From assembly GCA_000002435.2 (NCBI GenBank), contig CM018793.1: a stretch of 64,000 bases of DNA. One strand, 5' to 3'. Under the pieces are notes generated by a model that was not told the DNA's origin, ran no database searches, and was given only the letters and a program-made list of their open reading frames with translations. Position 1 is the stretch's first letter. Each line of letters starts with the position of its first letter. Of this stretch, positions 33,446 to 44,395 are shown piece by piece. Made by a program: the position numbers and the translations under genes. The DNA comes from Giardia intestinalis. Taxonomy: Eukaryota.

Positions 33446-36400
33446 CTACATTATATCTTTGTAATCAAAGCCGTCGTTTTCCCACCGTGGCCCTAATCGA
33501 AGTCCATTTGCACGTATAGAATCCTCTATTATGTCCAGAAATTCCCCAAGATCGTTCTGAATGCATCCATCAGATTCATAGGCACCCACAATCTGCATTT
33601 CATGAGTCATACGTGATCCTGAGCTACGTTTGTCTGTGTGATTGGCTTTCCCCCACACTGTGTTTATGTACAAGGCACACAGTTCTTCTGTCTCTGCGAC
33701 TATGTCATTGTATCGCTCTATCTCTAGCATCTTGATTGCCCGAATACGCCTCTTCATACAGTCCTTTGAAAGCATTCGCAGTTTTTCCTGGGACATAAGA
33801 AGCTCATCCAGTACCTCGTTCTCTAGGCTCCTACCTTGTCTCAAGAGAAACTTAATGCACCGCACCTCTTCAAGCTCATGAATAGCTGAAAAGCCTGACT
33901 CGTAGGCACTGGCTATGCAATACGGTGTCTGGAAACAGCGATTGTCTACGTCCCCAATCAGAAGCGGATTAAGAAGAGGGTAATGTTCCCACAGGATTGT
34001 CAAGAACATCTCTATTTCTACTATGCGGGCATCTAGTGACGTATTCGTGCCCCACATATCTATTCCTTTAAGAACAGCCACCTGTGATGGATACTTGCTT
34101 ATGTTAGACTGTTGTATGACGTTCTTGACTAAGGACGAGTTCTTCACCGCAGAGAGAATGTGTGGGTCACTCTTCCGTGATCTCCGCATGACGGAAACAG
34201 CATCTTCTACTGTGCTGCTTTCAATACGGACCTGTAGGCTATGGCTCGGTAGTGGATGTGGACCAAACCGAGCTTTTGGTGCAGTGCTTTTTCGCTCCCA
34301 CAGCTGCGGAGAGACGTTAGACTTGATGTGCCTGTACGTATCGTTCACCGGTATGCTTGAAACTATATAGCCCCAAACTGCTTCGTCGATATATCTGTAC
34401 GATTCGTGTCTCGACCGAGATATTTGGCTCTTGTTGGCGTTTGCAAGTAGGTCTAAATACTCACGTATTAGCAAGCATACCTCCTGCACTGCATGAAGGA
34501 CAAGTTTAGAAAAGATGCTATCTCTACTGACATCATCACCAAGATCGGGGGGAGTATAGTAGGGAGACATAGAGAAGATAGACTGGTGCAAAGTCTGTGG
34601 TTGGAAAGATGATTGGCTGGGGAGAAGAACAGCATGGAACGAGCCACAGGCACATTTGGATGAAAGGGTCTGTACGCTTGATTGACGCTTGACCACAGAG
34701 GTGCCCGAAGTTGACCCTGTAGCATCAGGTTTTGCAGGATCTTCGTTTAACATGTTATTGTACCGGGCATCTGCCTTAGTAAGCTCCTCTTTGAAAAGCT
34801 TCTCTGCTGGTGTTCTAATGAGCTCAGAGGGATCCATGGGGATTATATCTAGCGTGCGCTCTTCTAAGGACCAAAGGGGGTTCCACAATGACCTAATTCT
34901 CTCTGGAGTGATATATCTGCATTTAGGAATGCTTATGGACCAGTAGTCTGTCAGAAACGTGTTTGTTGAATCTTCTGCTGACGGATTGGGCGGGTTTTCT
35001 GCATCAGGAATTAGTGGGGTGTTTTTCACCGTGATGTCTGTGCATAGAGTGTATGGAACGGTTGACCTCAATTCCCGCTGAGCGATATCAAAGATTGGTG
35101 CGGCACCACGCTCCTCTAAAAGTGTGTAGCGTTGGAATAGAGGGGCATGAATACTAGACAGATGTGCGGGGTCGTTTTCTCTCTCGTCTATTAGTGCCGA
35201 GATGCTGTCCAGGGTGGGAATAGGAAGAAGCCTTGACTCCCCCAGCTTTACCGGCCGGTGAAGAATGCGTTGATAGTTCTCCATCACCTTGTCCACAGAC
35301 TCATACGAGGGATGCTTTTTGGTACTTGCTATGTCACTGTCAGGACTTATCTTCCCTAATAGCACATGTTTGGCTATTTCCAATCCACGGCACCGGGCAA
35401 GTCGAATTATCTCCTTGCTCTTCCAGCGATCAAGCTTGTCGAGCGATCCATAGGACAGCAGAGATGGATGAATAGCAAGCATAAGATTTAGTAAAGGCCG
35501 TATACCGTGATGATAGTTGGGTAATGTAATAAGCTGCAGCTCGGAGGGCGTGAATGGGGAATCCGAGCACCTAAGGGGTGAACACAATCTGTTACTAATA
35601 GCACTTATTGATCGCCGCTCTTCATCAGTTCTTTGCACGCCACAACGCCGCTCTTGCAAATAATAGTACTTTGCAGTCTCCTCATCCTTTTCATCGAGAG
35701 TCTGGAAGTCAATGTCATCGTAGAGGATAGCCGCTTCAATGGACAGCATCAGGTCTTCATCAAAATCAAAGACACAGCCGTCCACAATCTCAAACAGAGC
35801 AGCATGATTTTCTATTACAAAGTCATAGATGTCATCCCAAATAGTGAAGGGAACGAGGGGATCATCGTCTTCCTGCACCGTCTTAATCAATTGATCATAA
35901 GCGCGAAGGGAGGAGAAGTCCTCTGCTTGTGGAAGCTTAGCTACAAGTAAAATAGATTTATCCGAGTCACAGCCTAATAAATGATAGAGCTGCTTTGTCA
36001 TATTCTCCTGGTCGTAGGTAGATGTCACCAGGAGATCGAGAACAGTTGTTGGAAGGATCTGTGACGAGGGGAGCTGTTTTGCAAAGGCAGAGAATTTCCT
36101 ATTATACAGTTTCGTCATTAGGATTGACGTTGCCAAATTAATAGACAACTGCCCGCTGGTTAGCATGCTAGAAATAAGGGAGTTTTGTGGGTCATATGTG
36201 TAGACTGCTTCGTTCAGATGCTTGGCCGTCAAGAGATATGATACCCTGTTAGAAACAAGACACGATGATGCCAAGTGTTGGACTTTTTCTTCAGGTTCTG
36301 TATTTTTTGCCAGTTTTGCTGCAGCACGGGGTAGAGAGTGTCCAAATTGAGCAGATGGCTCCTTCTGTGGCTCGTCGCTGTACACGCCTGTTGCAGTTTT

Positions 36401-39400
36401 TATAGCTTCAAGCTCTTGACTATGGATGCCATATGCTTCATAGTTAGTTAGGTCTAAGGTGGAGGAAGAATTCATGCTATTGGTACCTGGAGCATTCAGT
36501 GGTGCAGCTGCCAACGTAGCTATGCCCGTGAGGCTGTTCAGTGACATATTGCTTATTAAGCTTGTGCTAGCGGGGTAGAGGCAGCGCAACCCTTGACTGA
36601 CACCTGATATATTCGCTACAGTCCCATAATACTCATTGATGTCGAGTTGCTCCGACGATGGGGCAACCCACCCTCCAATCCTGTGGACGTCAAAGATCGA
36701 CTTCACGAAGAAGTACCCATACAGTGGCATATACACTATGGCTGGAACAAAGCATTTAGGATGGCAGAGCATGTCGTGAATTGTAGCGAGCAAGGACGTG
36801 TTAAAAAACGATCTCAGGCGTTGATTGGCGATTATTTGTTCCAGAACTCCGACAAAACTCGTGGAGCTGCTGAGTCCCTTTATACCCTCTGAAAGGAGCT
36901 GATAAAGCTGAAAGTTAATGTAGAATGTTAGAGATTGCTGCTTCCACGCATTTGCAATCTTCCAAGATATGTGTGGATTGGTACTGAGCACTTCGTTGTT
37001 CAGGCCAGGTACACTGGGTTGTGAGTGGGCACCCAACGAGGACATGCTGGTAGAAGCCTTCAGAGTAGCTACATCTAGAGGGCTAATGGAGATCCCAAGA
37101 GAAGAACAGTACTCGACACACTTCTTCTCATGGTCAAGGATGGTTAGATCCACAGAGCCAACTGAATGGGGAACCATGTATACACGTGAGTACTGAAGCC
37201 GTAGGTTCAATGGACTAAAGATTGGCAGGCGAAAAGGGCTGTTCATAATCAGAGCCAGGATGCACAAGAAGCTGACGGCCTTGGGAAATAGCTCCTCATC
37301 ATCAAAGCGAACAATATCAACAGACAGCCTTTGGATAGCAGACCCTAAAAGAACTGCATCAACGGTTTTCATGTATAGAGCAACGTTGGTGATGGCTGTC
37401 TCTACCTCACTTCGAGTCCCCGGGACGCTGATAAGAAAAGGTGATCTTTCCCTGTACTCTAAAAAGGAAACAACATTGGGAGGAAACAGCGAATCATAGT
37501 CACTGAATACTGGAGTAAACAACCTTGAGGAGTGGGAAAGATCAATGCTTGTGACAGTTGGAGGCATGCAGAGGCCCAATGCAGTAGTTAGGAAGCCTGT
37601 TGGACTTGTGTATTCAGCTCTTTGAAAAGAGGATGTCCAAGGGAGAGCCTTATCCACGTCGCCTCTACTATCTTTCTGTTCCGAATTAAGATCTTGTGCA
37701 CCGCTCTCAATCAATAGCCACGAGATATCGTTTAGTACATCAGACAGAAAGTCTAGGGGATCATTAAGTGTGCATGTGCAACTCTCGAAGAAGCCATGGG
37801 CGCATCTCTGTTCTCTTGGCGTAGAGCTATCGTAGGCTTGAGAGCCCATGGTCGGGCAAAGTATTCTATCCCTAACTAAGATAGATTGCATGTAAGGAAG
37901 CGAAAGGCCCCATATAAGGTAGATGGCTGGAATCCCTCCTCCTATTTCATCGTGAAGCACTAAGTCCCGTGCACCCAAAACTAACTTTGGAGCCTGCATA
38001 GGAGAGGGGATGAAGAGGGAGGTGAGAGATACTGATAGATCAATAAGAGAACCCACCAGAGAAGATACTGGCTGGGGTCCATGGTTCCACGAGGAGAGTA
38101 GAACACCTGGCAGGGTTTGGCTCATTGGGCCAGTAGCACCTGGGGTAGCACGCAGGTCCAGAAATGTGTGTGAAGGGTCTGGCGTAGCAGTTGATAGAGT
38201 CAAGCCAATATGCTCTCTAAATAGAGGGTATACCAATTCAATAGGCGCTGTATCAATATGGAGAAGCTCAGCATTGGGCAAGGAAAATATGAACAGCCCG
38301 CTTTCCGATATACCTTTGAAAAATGTAGCTGCACGTTCTTTCAGCGCTGGGTCCTTGCGTAGCTTAGAAAGTCCGAGTGAAAAGAGCGATGCAGCAGATC
38401 TATCCTCCATGACTTCACTCTTGCACCGAGAGTGAAGAACGAAGTGAAGCCCTGCTGTGTCTGGAGATCCAGTGATGGTATATGTGCTTAAATCTAAAAT
38501 AGAATTCAGTGACGCGTGTCCTATGGCAAGAGACCCAGTGCGAAAGTCAGGGGCAAGCGAAGCGAGGACAGCCTCGCCGTAATCCTTACAATACGCTTGC
38601 ATTATCCCAATCTTCTTATTGAGAATGCTGGTCAATACAGTACGTGTAAAGCTGGAACAAGACGGTGCTGCAAGGCGCTCAGAGGTATCTGTGAATTCCC
38701 TCTCATGGCCTAGTGAGGCAGAGCTGCTGTCGCTACTCTCATCAGCCTGGACAGTAGGCCTTTGAGATCCCCGCGCAGACACCTTAACGGTTGAGCTAGA
38801 TCGAAGTGTTACAGGATCGATGTCTACTTGAGGTGTTACGATAGAGCTAGACTTTAGAAGCGAAGACCCAAGAGTAGACAGGCCTAGAGACTCGTTAGAG
38901 CCGGCAGACAGCTCCATGTCATTTCCACGGAGACAGGCCTCAAGGGGCTCATCGAGAACTACCTTAAAAACATATTCTGATACGAACGGCTTTGTAGGGG
39001 ATGCTGCTTTGGTTTTGGAGTCGTGTCGGTGAGTTTTGCGATGAACTGAGTTTCCATGCTCAGCAACCTTGGATGCGGCATAATACGGTTCCAGCTCCTT
39101 GACTGTATTTAGCTCATCGAGGAATGATACTGGTAAAGGAATCTCCGGATCTATTACGATGTTACCCAAGATAATTTTTGTTATGAGCACTTGAGGCTTC
39201 GGTGAGTCCTTTTGGTCTTGAAGTGTGGACTTAATAAGCATCTTATCACTAAATGGAATCGGCAGTGTCTTTTTTGCATTGCTATCAGAATCTGTTAGTG
39301 TGAAAGTTAGAGTACTAGTAGATTGCTTAGGGCTTACTGGCAAGCTTTTTGCTTGATCAGATAGACGGAGTGGGGATGTATGAAGATGCGTTGGTTGGAC

Positions 39401-40666
39401 GAACTGTAGCTCTGAAAACACAACGCACCCCTGGTCAGTTGTGCTTCTCAAAGGTATAAGGATGTTGACACACTGGAGATAGGAGAGATCGTCCACTCCC
39501 TTGATGATGTCCATAGTTTTAATGTTGCTGGGCAGATCTGCAAATGATCCCATAGAGCTTGTGGGGGTGCCCATGGACATAGCCTGTGGAGAAATTGTTA
39601 AGAGCTGGCGTCTCCGCCCGCGCTTACCGGCACCAACTCCACCACTGAGATTAACCTTAATATTCTTCTCTTGAATGTTATAGATATCTGCTTTAAATCC
39701 CTGCTGGCTGGTTCTCTGAAGCATCTCCTGAAGAGCATCCTCATTAAAAACTGCCGAGAGGGTATAACGCTGTCCTTTTATATTCTTGTTGAGCAGCCCC
39801 TTGCTAGAAAATTCTGGAAACAGTCCCAATAGCTTCATGCTGGCATTGAGGGGTCCGTGAACTTCTAGCTTGACAGAGGAAAGCTCGGAGCAGGTATAAA
39901 AGCGCAAAAGCTGCGGGGAAAGAAGGGAGTTAGATAGTAACAATTCGAGATAGATCTGTCTGATGCGGTTCGGGTGGAATAGAGAGTGAGGGCTGTAATC
40001 CCCCGGCAACATCAAGTGAGTGGGGAAAATGAGGGTTTCTATAGGAGATAGAGTCAGCGGTGCTTCCCTTGAAAGATTTTGTGCCGTGTATTTGCGGACT
40101 GCTGGGGATAACGAAGAGTATGCAGCCTGCTTGTTCACGCGGGCCGATAGAGAGATGGATTCAGAGTAAGTGTAAGGAATGTTCAAGTCTATCCCAAACA
40201 TAATAGAGAACAAATTGAAGTTACCCCTGACCATGCGGGTAACAATCTCCATGGCCAGGATGAAGTGGTTTGGAGCAGTGTCAGCTTTTAACGCTGACTC
40301 TCCATAACCGATAATAGCAGCAGATGGCCTAGGAAACTGGGCATCTGCCAGCTCTTGGGGGGTGAGCTGCATATGAAGGAGTCGCTGAATATAGCTTAAC
40401 AAAGTAGAATTCTCCCTCATATAGTCGTAGAGTAATATGTCTGACCGTATAGCGGAAATATTGGTAGTCGATGTTATGTGATGCCCCACGGGCGCCTTTG
40501 TGTTATCTGGAGTGCCGTGCAGAGGAGAGGTTGTAGCAAAGTCAGACAAAGGAATAAAGGCACAAGACAACCCGTTCTTCTCTAGCTCTGCTTCTTCTCC
40601 CCTATTCAGCTTAACAATGACAATGCCCTGCATCATAACAATGAAGCGGCGGGAACGTCTTCCCAT
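33446..40666 (-). CDS. giant hypothetical protein (2406 aa)
   Basis: Single uninterrupted 7.2-kb ORF. Mostly non-repetitive globular and alpha-helical composition. No P-loop, kinase, BEACH, TBC or peptidase motif that I can recognise. The antisense ORFs across it look like shadow ORFs. Confidence 0.6.
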   Translation of the reverse strand: MGRRSRRFIVMMQGIVIVKLNRGEEAELEKNGLSCAFIPLSDFATTSPLHGTPDNTKAPVGHHITSTTNISAIRSDILLYDYMRENSTLLSYIQRLLHMQLTPQELADAQFPRPSAAIIGYGESALKADTAPNHFILAMEIVTRMVRGNFNLFSIMFGIDLNIPYTYSESISLSARVNKQAAYSSLSPAVRKYTAQNLSREAPLTLSPIETLIFPTHLMLPGDYSPHSLFHPNRIRQIYLELLLSNSLLSPQLLRFYTCSELSSVKLEVHGPLNASMKLLGLFPEFSSKGLLNKNIKGQRYTLSAVFNEDALQEMLQRTSQQGFKADIYNIQEKNIKVNLSGGVGAGKRGRRRQLLTISPQAMSMGTPTSSMGSFADLPSNIKTMDIIKGVDDLSYLQCVNILIPLRSTTDQGCVVFSELQFVQPTHLHTSPLRLSDQAKSLPVSPKQSTSTLTFTLTDSDSNAKKTLPIPFSDKMLIKSTLQDQKDSPKPQVLITKIILGNIVIDPEIPLPVSFLDELNTVKELEPYYAASKVAEHGNSVHRKTHRHDSKTKAASPTKPFVSEYVFKVVLDEPLEACLRGNDMELSAGSNESLGLSTLGSSLLKSSSIVTPQVDIDPVTLRSSSTVKVSARGSQRPTVQADESSDSSSASLGHEREFTDTSERLAAPSCSSFTRTVLTSILNKKIGIMQAYCKDYGEAVLASLAPDFRTGSLAIGHASLNSILDLSTYTITGSPDTAGLHFVLHSRCKSEVMEDRSAASLFSLGLSKLRKDPALKERAATFFKGISESGLFIFSLPNAELLHIDTAPIELVYPLFREHIGLTLSTATPDPSHTFLDLRATPGATGPMSQTLPGVLLSSWNHGPQPVSSLVGSLIDLSVSLTSLFIPSPMQAPKLVLGARDLVLHDEIGGGIPAIYLIWGLSLPYMQSILVRDRILCPTMGSQAYDSSTPREQRCAHGFFESCTCTLNDPLDFLSDVLNDISWLLIESGAQDLNSEQKDSRGDVDKALPWTSSFQRAEYTSPTGFLTTALGLCMPPTVTSIDLSHSSRLFTPVFSDYDSLFPPNVVSFLEYRERSPFLISVPGTRSEVETAITNVALYMKTVDAVLLGSAIQRLSVDIVRFDDEELFPKAVSFLCILALIMNSPFRLPIFSPLNLRLQYSRVYMVPHSVGSVDLTILDHEKKCVEYCSSLGISISPLDVATLKASTSMSSLGAHSQPSVPGLNNEVLSTNPHISWKIANAWKQQSLTFYINFQLYQLLSEGIKGLSSSTSFVGVLEQIIANQRLRSFFNTSLLATIHDMLCHPKCFVPAIVYMPLYGYFFVKSIFDVHRIGGWVAPSSEQLDINEYYGTVANISGVSQGLRCLYPASTSLISNMSLNSLTGIATLAAAPLNAPGTNSMNSSSTLDLTNYEAYGIHSQELEAIKTATGVYSDEPQKEPSAQFGHSLPRAAAKLAKNTEPEEKVQHLASSCLVSNRVSYLLTAKHLNEAVYTYDPQNSLISSMLTSGQLSINLATSILMTKLYNRKFSAFAKQLPSSQILPTTVLDLLVTSTYDQENMTKQLYHLLGCDSDKSILLVAKLPQAEDFSSLRAYDQLIKTVQEDDDPLVPFTIWDDIYDFVIENHAALFEIVDGCVFDFDEDLMLSIEAAILYDDIDFQTLDEKDEETAKYYYLQERRCGVQRTDEERRSISAISNRLCSPLRCSDSPFTPSELQLITLPNYHHGIRPLLNLMLAIHPSLLSYGSLDKLDRWKSKEIIRLARCRGLEIAKHVLLGKISPDSDIASTKKHPSYESVDKVMENYQRILHRPVKLGESRLLPIPTLDSISALIDERENDPAHLSSIHAPLFQRYTLLEERGAAPIFDIAQRELRSTVPYTLCTDITVKNTPLIPDAENPPNPSAEDSTNTFLTDYWSISIPKCRYITPERIRSLWNPLWSLEERTLDIIPMDPSELIRTPAEKLFKEELTKADARYNNMLNEDPAKPDATGSTSGTSVVKRQSSVQTLSSKCACGSFHAVLLPSQSSFQPQTLHQSIFSMSPYYTPPDLGDDVSRDSIFSKLVLHAVQEVCLLIREYLDLLANANKSQISRSRHESYRYIDEAVWGYIVSSIPVNDTYRHIKSNVSPQLWERKSTAPKARFGPHPLPSHSLQVRIESSTVEDAVSVMRRSRKSDPHILSAVKNSSLVKNVIQQSNISKYPSQVAVLKGIDMWGTNTSLDARIVEIEMFLTILWEHYPLLNPLLIGDVDNRCFQTPYCIASAYESGFSAIHELEEVRCIKFLLRQGRSLENEVLDELLMSQEKLRMLSKDCMKRRIRAIKMLEIERYNDIVAETEELCALYINTVWGKANHTDKRSSGSRMTHEMQIVGAYESDGCIQNDLGEFLDIIEDSIRANGLRLGPRWENDGFDYKDIM

Positions 40667-40931
40667 GAGCCTTTTTTTGGAGGTCTGACTTAAGAACGCA
40701 AGCTGATGTGTGAGCTAGGTATCCTGTGCAGAGATCTCTCCACAGAAAAGGTTGAATAAATGTGGCTGCAGTTTAGCTGGCACGTGGTGGGAGACAGGCG
40801 CCGGTCATCCTGCAGCATATGTGCTCCGGTGGGAGAGCAAAGCCGTGTCCAGCATCTCCAGTTCATCGTCCAGCGCAGCCAGAACGGCCACAGACGTAGA
40901 ATAGCTGGCGACGCGGTCCGTCTTTGCCACT

Positions 40932-43900
40932 ATGATGGGAGCTTTAAATAAATATAATATGAACACAAAGACATCGTGGAGGCAGGAGCTTTGCAACTTG
41001 AGCCGCTCAGACAGGCCTGAGCCTTTCTTCCAGCGTGCGAAGGCTATTGTCCACATCCTGCAGACCAATCCCGAGGAGCGGCAGCAAATCTTGGAAAGCA
41101 TTATCTTAGAGATGGAGGAGGGGGTCTTGCTTGCATGTGCAGGATATTCGTCTGTCCTGGGGTACCTGCATCGTCGCGTGGGGTACATGAGCGAGTACAC
41201 AGCGGACAATATTATTTTCACAGTCACAGCCTATTCGGAGAAACACAAAGGCTCTGGAGATGAGCAGGCGCAGATTATCGCGTGTGCTTGCTTCATTTCA
41301 ATCATGTCTGCTCTCAGTTCCGTGAATGCTGAGTCTTCGGAGAAGTGTCTCTGCGCATATCAGACATCGTACGTGAGACTCTTCAGCCCCCTAGCTCGGG
41401 CACACTGCCAGGCGAGTCTTGCCCTCTCGCTCGTCATTATTGCAGGATCGCATCCCATCCGCACACTCTCAGTGGCTCAAGACCTGCTAATCAGACCATC
41501 TGATGGAGCTTCAAGCAAGGGAGTCGTTAACTATCTGCTCTTTCTCCTTGCTACGTTTGGAGAGCAGGACATAGAGCTTGCTGGCCCATACGTCGGCCCA
41601 TTTTCCCTTCCAATTGTGAGCTCTGACGATATTAAGGCAAAGATAGTACCGGTCAGCCTACTCAAGCAGCTTGACACGACCCTCATCTCTGAAGCCGCAA
41701 TATGGATATACTCACGTTCACAAGACATTTATCCTGGCAGAGTGCCCTCTGCCCAAGGGAAAAAAACTAAAGAATCAGAGGAAGACATACCCGCAAAGGA
41801 CATGCAGCTGCATCCTGTCTGGAAATACTTGTTTGCTTTCTATGCTGCTCTTTATAAGGCACACGGAGAAAATGGTGCAGAAGTGGCCGTGGCCATTCAA
41901 AGCCATCTTGTCCGTTCTCTTCACACACCCATCAAGGACTACAGTCAAGATATGTGCTATATTCTTGCTTCAATTTTCGAAGTAGCAGATGGAATTCCAG
42001 AGTACGATAATTTATTACCTAGACTACTTTGTGCAGGTGGTTTTCTGAAGACCTATATTCTTCCCAACAGCAACAAACATATATGCTCCAAGCTTATTCG
42101 TTATGTCTCCAAGTGGTGCTATACGGACATACGTCGTGGTCGTGAATTTGCCGTCAGTCTTAACTTAGAGCCGTTAGAAATCTATGGACTTATTGGTACG
42201 GAGTTTGGAAAACTTGTTCTCAAGCGTGCGCCAGAAGATGTTACTATTGGAATGCTGACTCATATGGCATCACAATTGCAGCGCTGCCTAACAACGCCTC
42301 TTTCACCGGAAAAGCTGGACGCTTTTCTGGTGGACTTCTCCTTTAGTATGAAAGCCCTTGCCCCCTCTTTTAAATCTTTTGCAAACGAGCTCGTGACCAT
42401 CTTTTTCAAATTCTTTTCGCTGTTCTATTATCAACTCCGTGATCACAGTCTCGTTAAGCATCCCATCAACACGGAGGAGTCTTACGCAATTCTGCGTAGA
42501 GGAAGACAAAAGTTTCTTATGACCTTGGAACCCTTGGCCACAGCTGATGCATTTGGTCAACTGGCTGCCCTTGTACTCCCATCTTTGTCTGCTAGTTACA
42601 GGTCGGCTGTTACCGGGGCAAAAGATAGCACGAGCATCAGACTGCATTATCCTGTTTTATTACAGACAGGCACTACGGCGCTGAGCCACCTTGACGGATT
42701 GCAGGTGGTTGATAGCGACCTTTCCTCCGTCTTTGCTAGGCATTATGATGCAGTGGCCATAGCAGCTCTTTGCTCACTGTTGATGGGCCTTGATGACGAG
42801 CACGTCTTATCGCAATCGACTACTGTGCAGAGCGTTTTAACGTCGGTTCATAGAGTCGCACAGTTAGCGGCTAAAGGCCCCCAAGAAGTTGACTTGGATG
42901 CCATACAAGTATCCCTACTTGGGCTTAATCATCACTTTCACGTTAGTAATAGTAACTTCGGCCGTGTGGCCTCGGTGGCCATAATGAAGCAGATTGCTAT
43001 TGACTTAACCGACAGAGCATTTAAATCCCTGCTATCAGCTATTCGCATTGCTCCACCTGGTCAATCTACAGAAAGCGAGGATGAAAGTGAGGCTGATCTC
43101 ATGGAGTTTCCTCAACCAAAGACAGACAATGAAACAGTGCAGGACGTCAATATTTACAGCTTAAAGGGTCTGGAGCAGGATGGAAGCCAACCACCCCAAA
43201 CGGATGTTAGTTCAGAGGGGTCCCGGGATGAGGTCTCGGCGATAAATGGTGTTGACGATCAGTACGATAAGATCCTTGTAGATACCTTCAAGGCGCACAG
43301 AGCTGCGCAAACAGAGAGCACACACGTGTTCATGAGGGCAGCGCGGACGTTGTATCCCCTCTCAATAGCTATGGAGGCCATTCCAGATCGCCCTATGAAT
43401 TGGGACGCCCTAGAGGCCTTATACATCCTCGTTTCAAATCCCCTTGCTGCAACAAGGGACGAGTACGGGTTTCAACACCCAGCCGTCAAGCAGACACCAG
43501 CCAACAAGCAGTACATTGAAATGATGGTACACCGGGCATCTGAGCTCATCGGATCCTACACGCAGAACAAGATCGTGCGCTCTAAGCTCTTCGTGAGTGA
43601 CTTATTTATATGCTATGAGATGGATACCCCCGAGAAATATGAGTTAAGATTCAGATGGAGTGACCTGACAAACACATTGATTCTGGCCGTTGTCAACTCA
43701 AAGCACAAAAGTCGCAAGCAAGCAGAAGATCTACTTGCCTTTATTGTTTGCCTTTTAAGCACAGCTAAGCGAGAATCCTTTGCAGAGATTGCCGAGGATC
43801 TACACGAACAATATGGCACTCCGATCGAAGATGCAATTGAATGCTGCGCAAAGCTGTGCAGAAGCACTGCAGATAAGTTAGTTGAGGCCACAATAAAGAA

Positions 43901-44360
43901 GATGGTGCGAAATCGGGATCTGGGAACCTCGTCGCACATTATGAAGCAGTTCATAGATGCTGGCTGCTACTCCACAATTGCAGTTATCACAGACCAGTTT
44001 TCTAGCGATGCATTTGTGTCTCTCTTTGTGGCTGAAGAATTCGTACTGCTTGTCAGCGACGCATTATCAGATTGGTGCAATGGTGTACGGCTCAAGAGGA
44101 TTGAGGGGGATATATACGTTAAGGACCTGATCAAGAAACTCTTAAAGAGTATGTTTGAGTGGTTGGCACTGAAAACTAATGAGGCTGGGCGTTCCCAGCA
44201 GTTGACTAAACTAAAGTATGCAGCGAACCGTGTCAAGAAGATCGTTAAAATGTGCGAAGGAATTGTAAGTTTAGAAGATGACTTAAAAGCTTTAGATGAT
44301 ACGCGTCAAAAGATCATCACAGGCAGAGAGGCGATGAGGGCAAAGGCGATAAAGAGATGA
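40932..44360 (+). CDS. hypothetical alpha-helical repeat (HEAT/ARM-like) protein (1142 aa)
   Basis: Divergent from the giant gene (265-bp gap). Leu/Ala-rich helical composition throughout, in segments of ~40 aa. An acidic patch lies near residue 720 (ESEDESEADLMEF). Confidence 0.5.
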   Translation: MMGALNKYNMNTKTSWRQELCNLSRSDRPEPFFQRAKAIVHILQTNPEERQQILESIILEMEEGVLLACAGYSSVLGYLHRRVGYMSEYTADNIIFTVTAYSEKHKGSGDEQAQIIACACFISIMSALSSVNAESSEKCLCAYQTSYVRLFSPLARAHCQASLALSLVIIAGSHPIRTLSVAQDLLIRPSDGASSKGVVNYLLFLLATFGEQDIELAGPYVGPFSLPIVSSDDIKAKIVPVSLLKQLDTTLISEAAIWIYSRSQDIYPGRVPSAQGKKTKESEEDIPAKDMQLHPVWKYLFAFYAALYKAHGENGAEVAVAIQSHLVRSLHTPIKDYSQDMCYILASIFEVADGIPEYDNLLPRLLCAGGFLKTYILPNSNKHICSKLIRYVSKWCYTDIRRGREFAVSLNLEPLEIYGLIGTEFGKLVLKRAPEDVTIGMLTHMASQLQRCLTTPLSPEKLDAFLVDFSFSMKALAPSFKSFANELVTIFFKFFSLFYYQLRDHSLVKHPINTEESYAILRRGRQKFLMTLEPLATADAFGQLAALVLPSLSASYRSAVTGAKDSTSIRLHYPVLLQTGTTALSHLDGLQVVDSDLSSVFARHYDAVAIAALCSLLMGLDDEHVLSQSTTVQSVLTSVHRVAQLAAKGPQEVDLDAIQVSLLGLNHHFHVSNSNFGRVASVAIMKQIAIDLTDRAFKSLLSAIRIAPPGQSTESEDESEADLMEFPQPKTDNETVQDVNIYSLKGLEQDGSQPPQTDVSSEGSRDEVSAINGVDDQYDKILVDTFKAHRAAQTESTHVFMRAARTLYPLSIAMEAIPDRPMNWDALEALYILVSNPLAATRDEYGFQHPAVKQTPANKQYIEMMVHRASELIGSYTQNKIVRSKLFVSDLFICYEMDTPEKYELRFRWSDLTNTLILAVVNSKHKSRKQAEDLLAFIVCLLSTAKRESFAEIAEDLHEQYGTPIEDAIECCAKLCRSTADKLVEATIKKMVRNRDLGTSSHIMKQFIDAGCYSTIAVITDQFSSDAFVSLFVAEEFVLLVSDALSDWCNGVRLKRIEGDIYVKDLIKKLLKSMFEWLALKTNEAGRSQQLTKLKYAANRVKKIVKMCEGIVSLEDDLKALDDTRQKIITGREAMRAKAIKR

Positions 44361-44395
44361 AGCTGCACATGTGCGCCAAGCAGAGTACTGAGTCG

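Noticed and set aside
40805-41227. 140-aa minus-strand ORF overlapping the start of the 1142-aa gene
   Set aside because: Antisense to a long, well-behaved ORF. Its composition is shadow-ORF-like.
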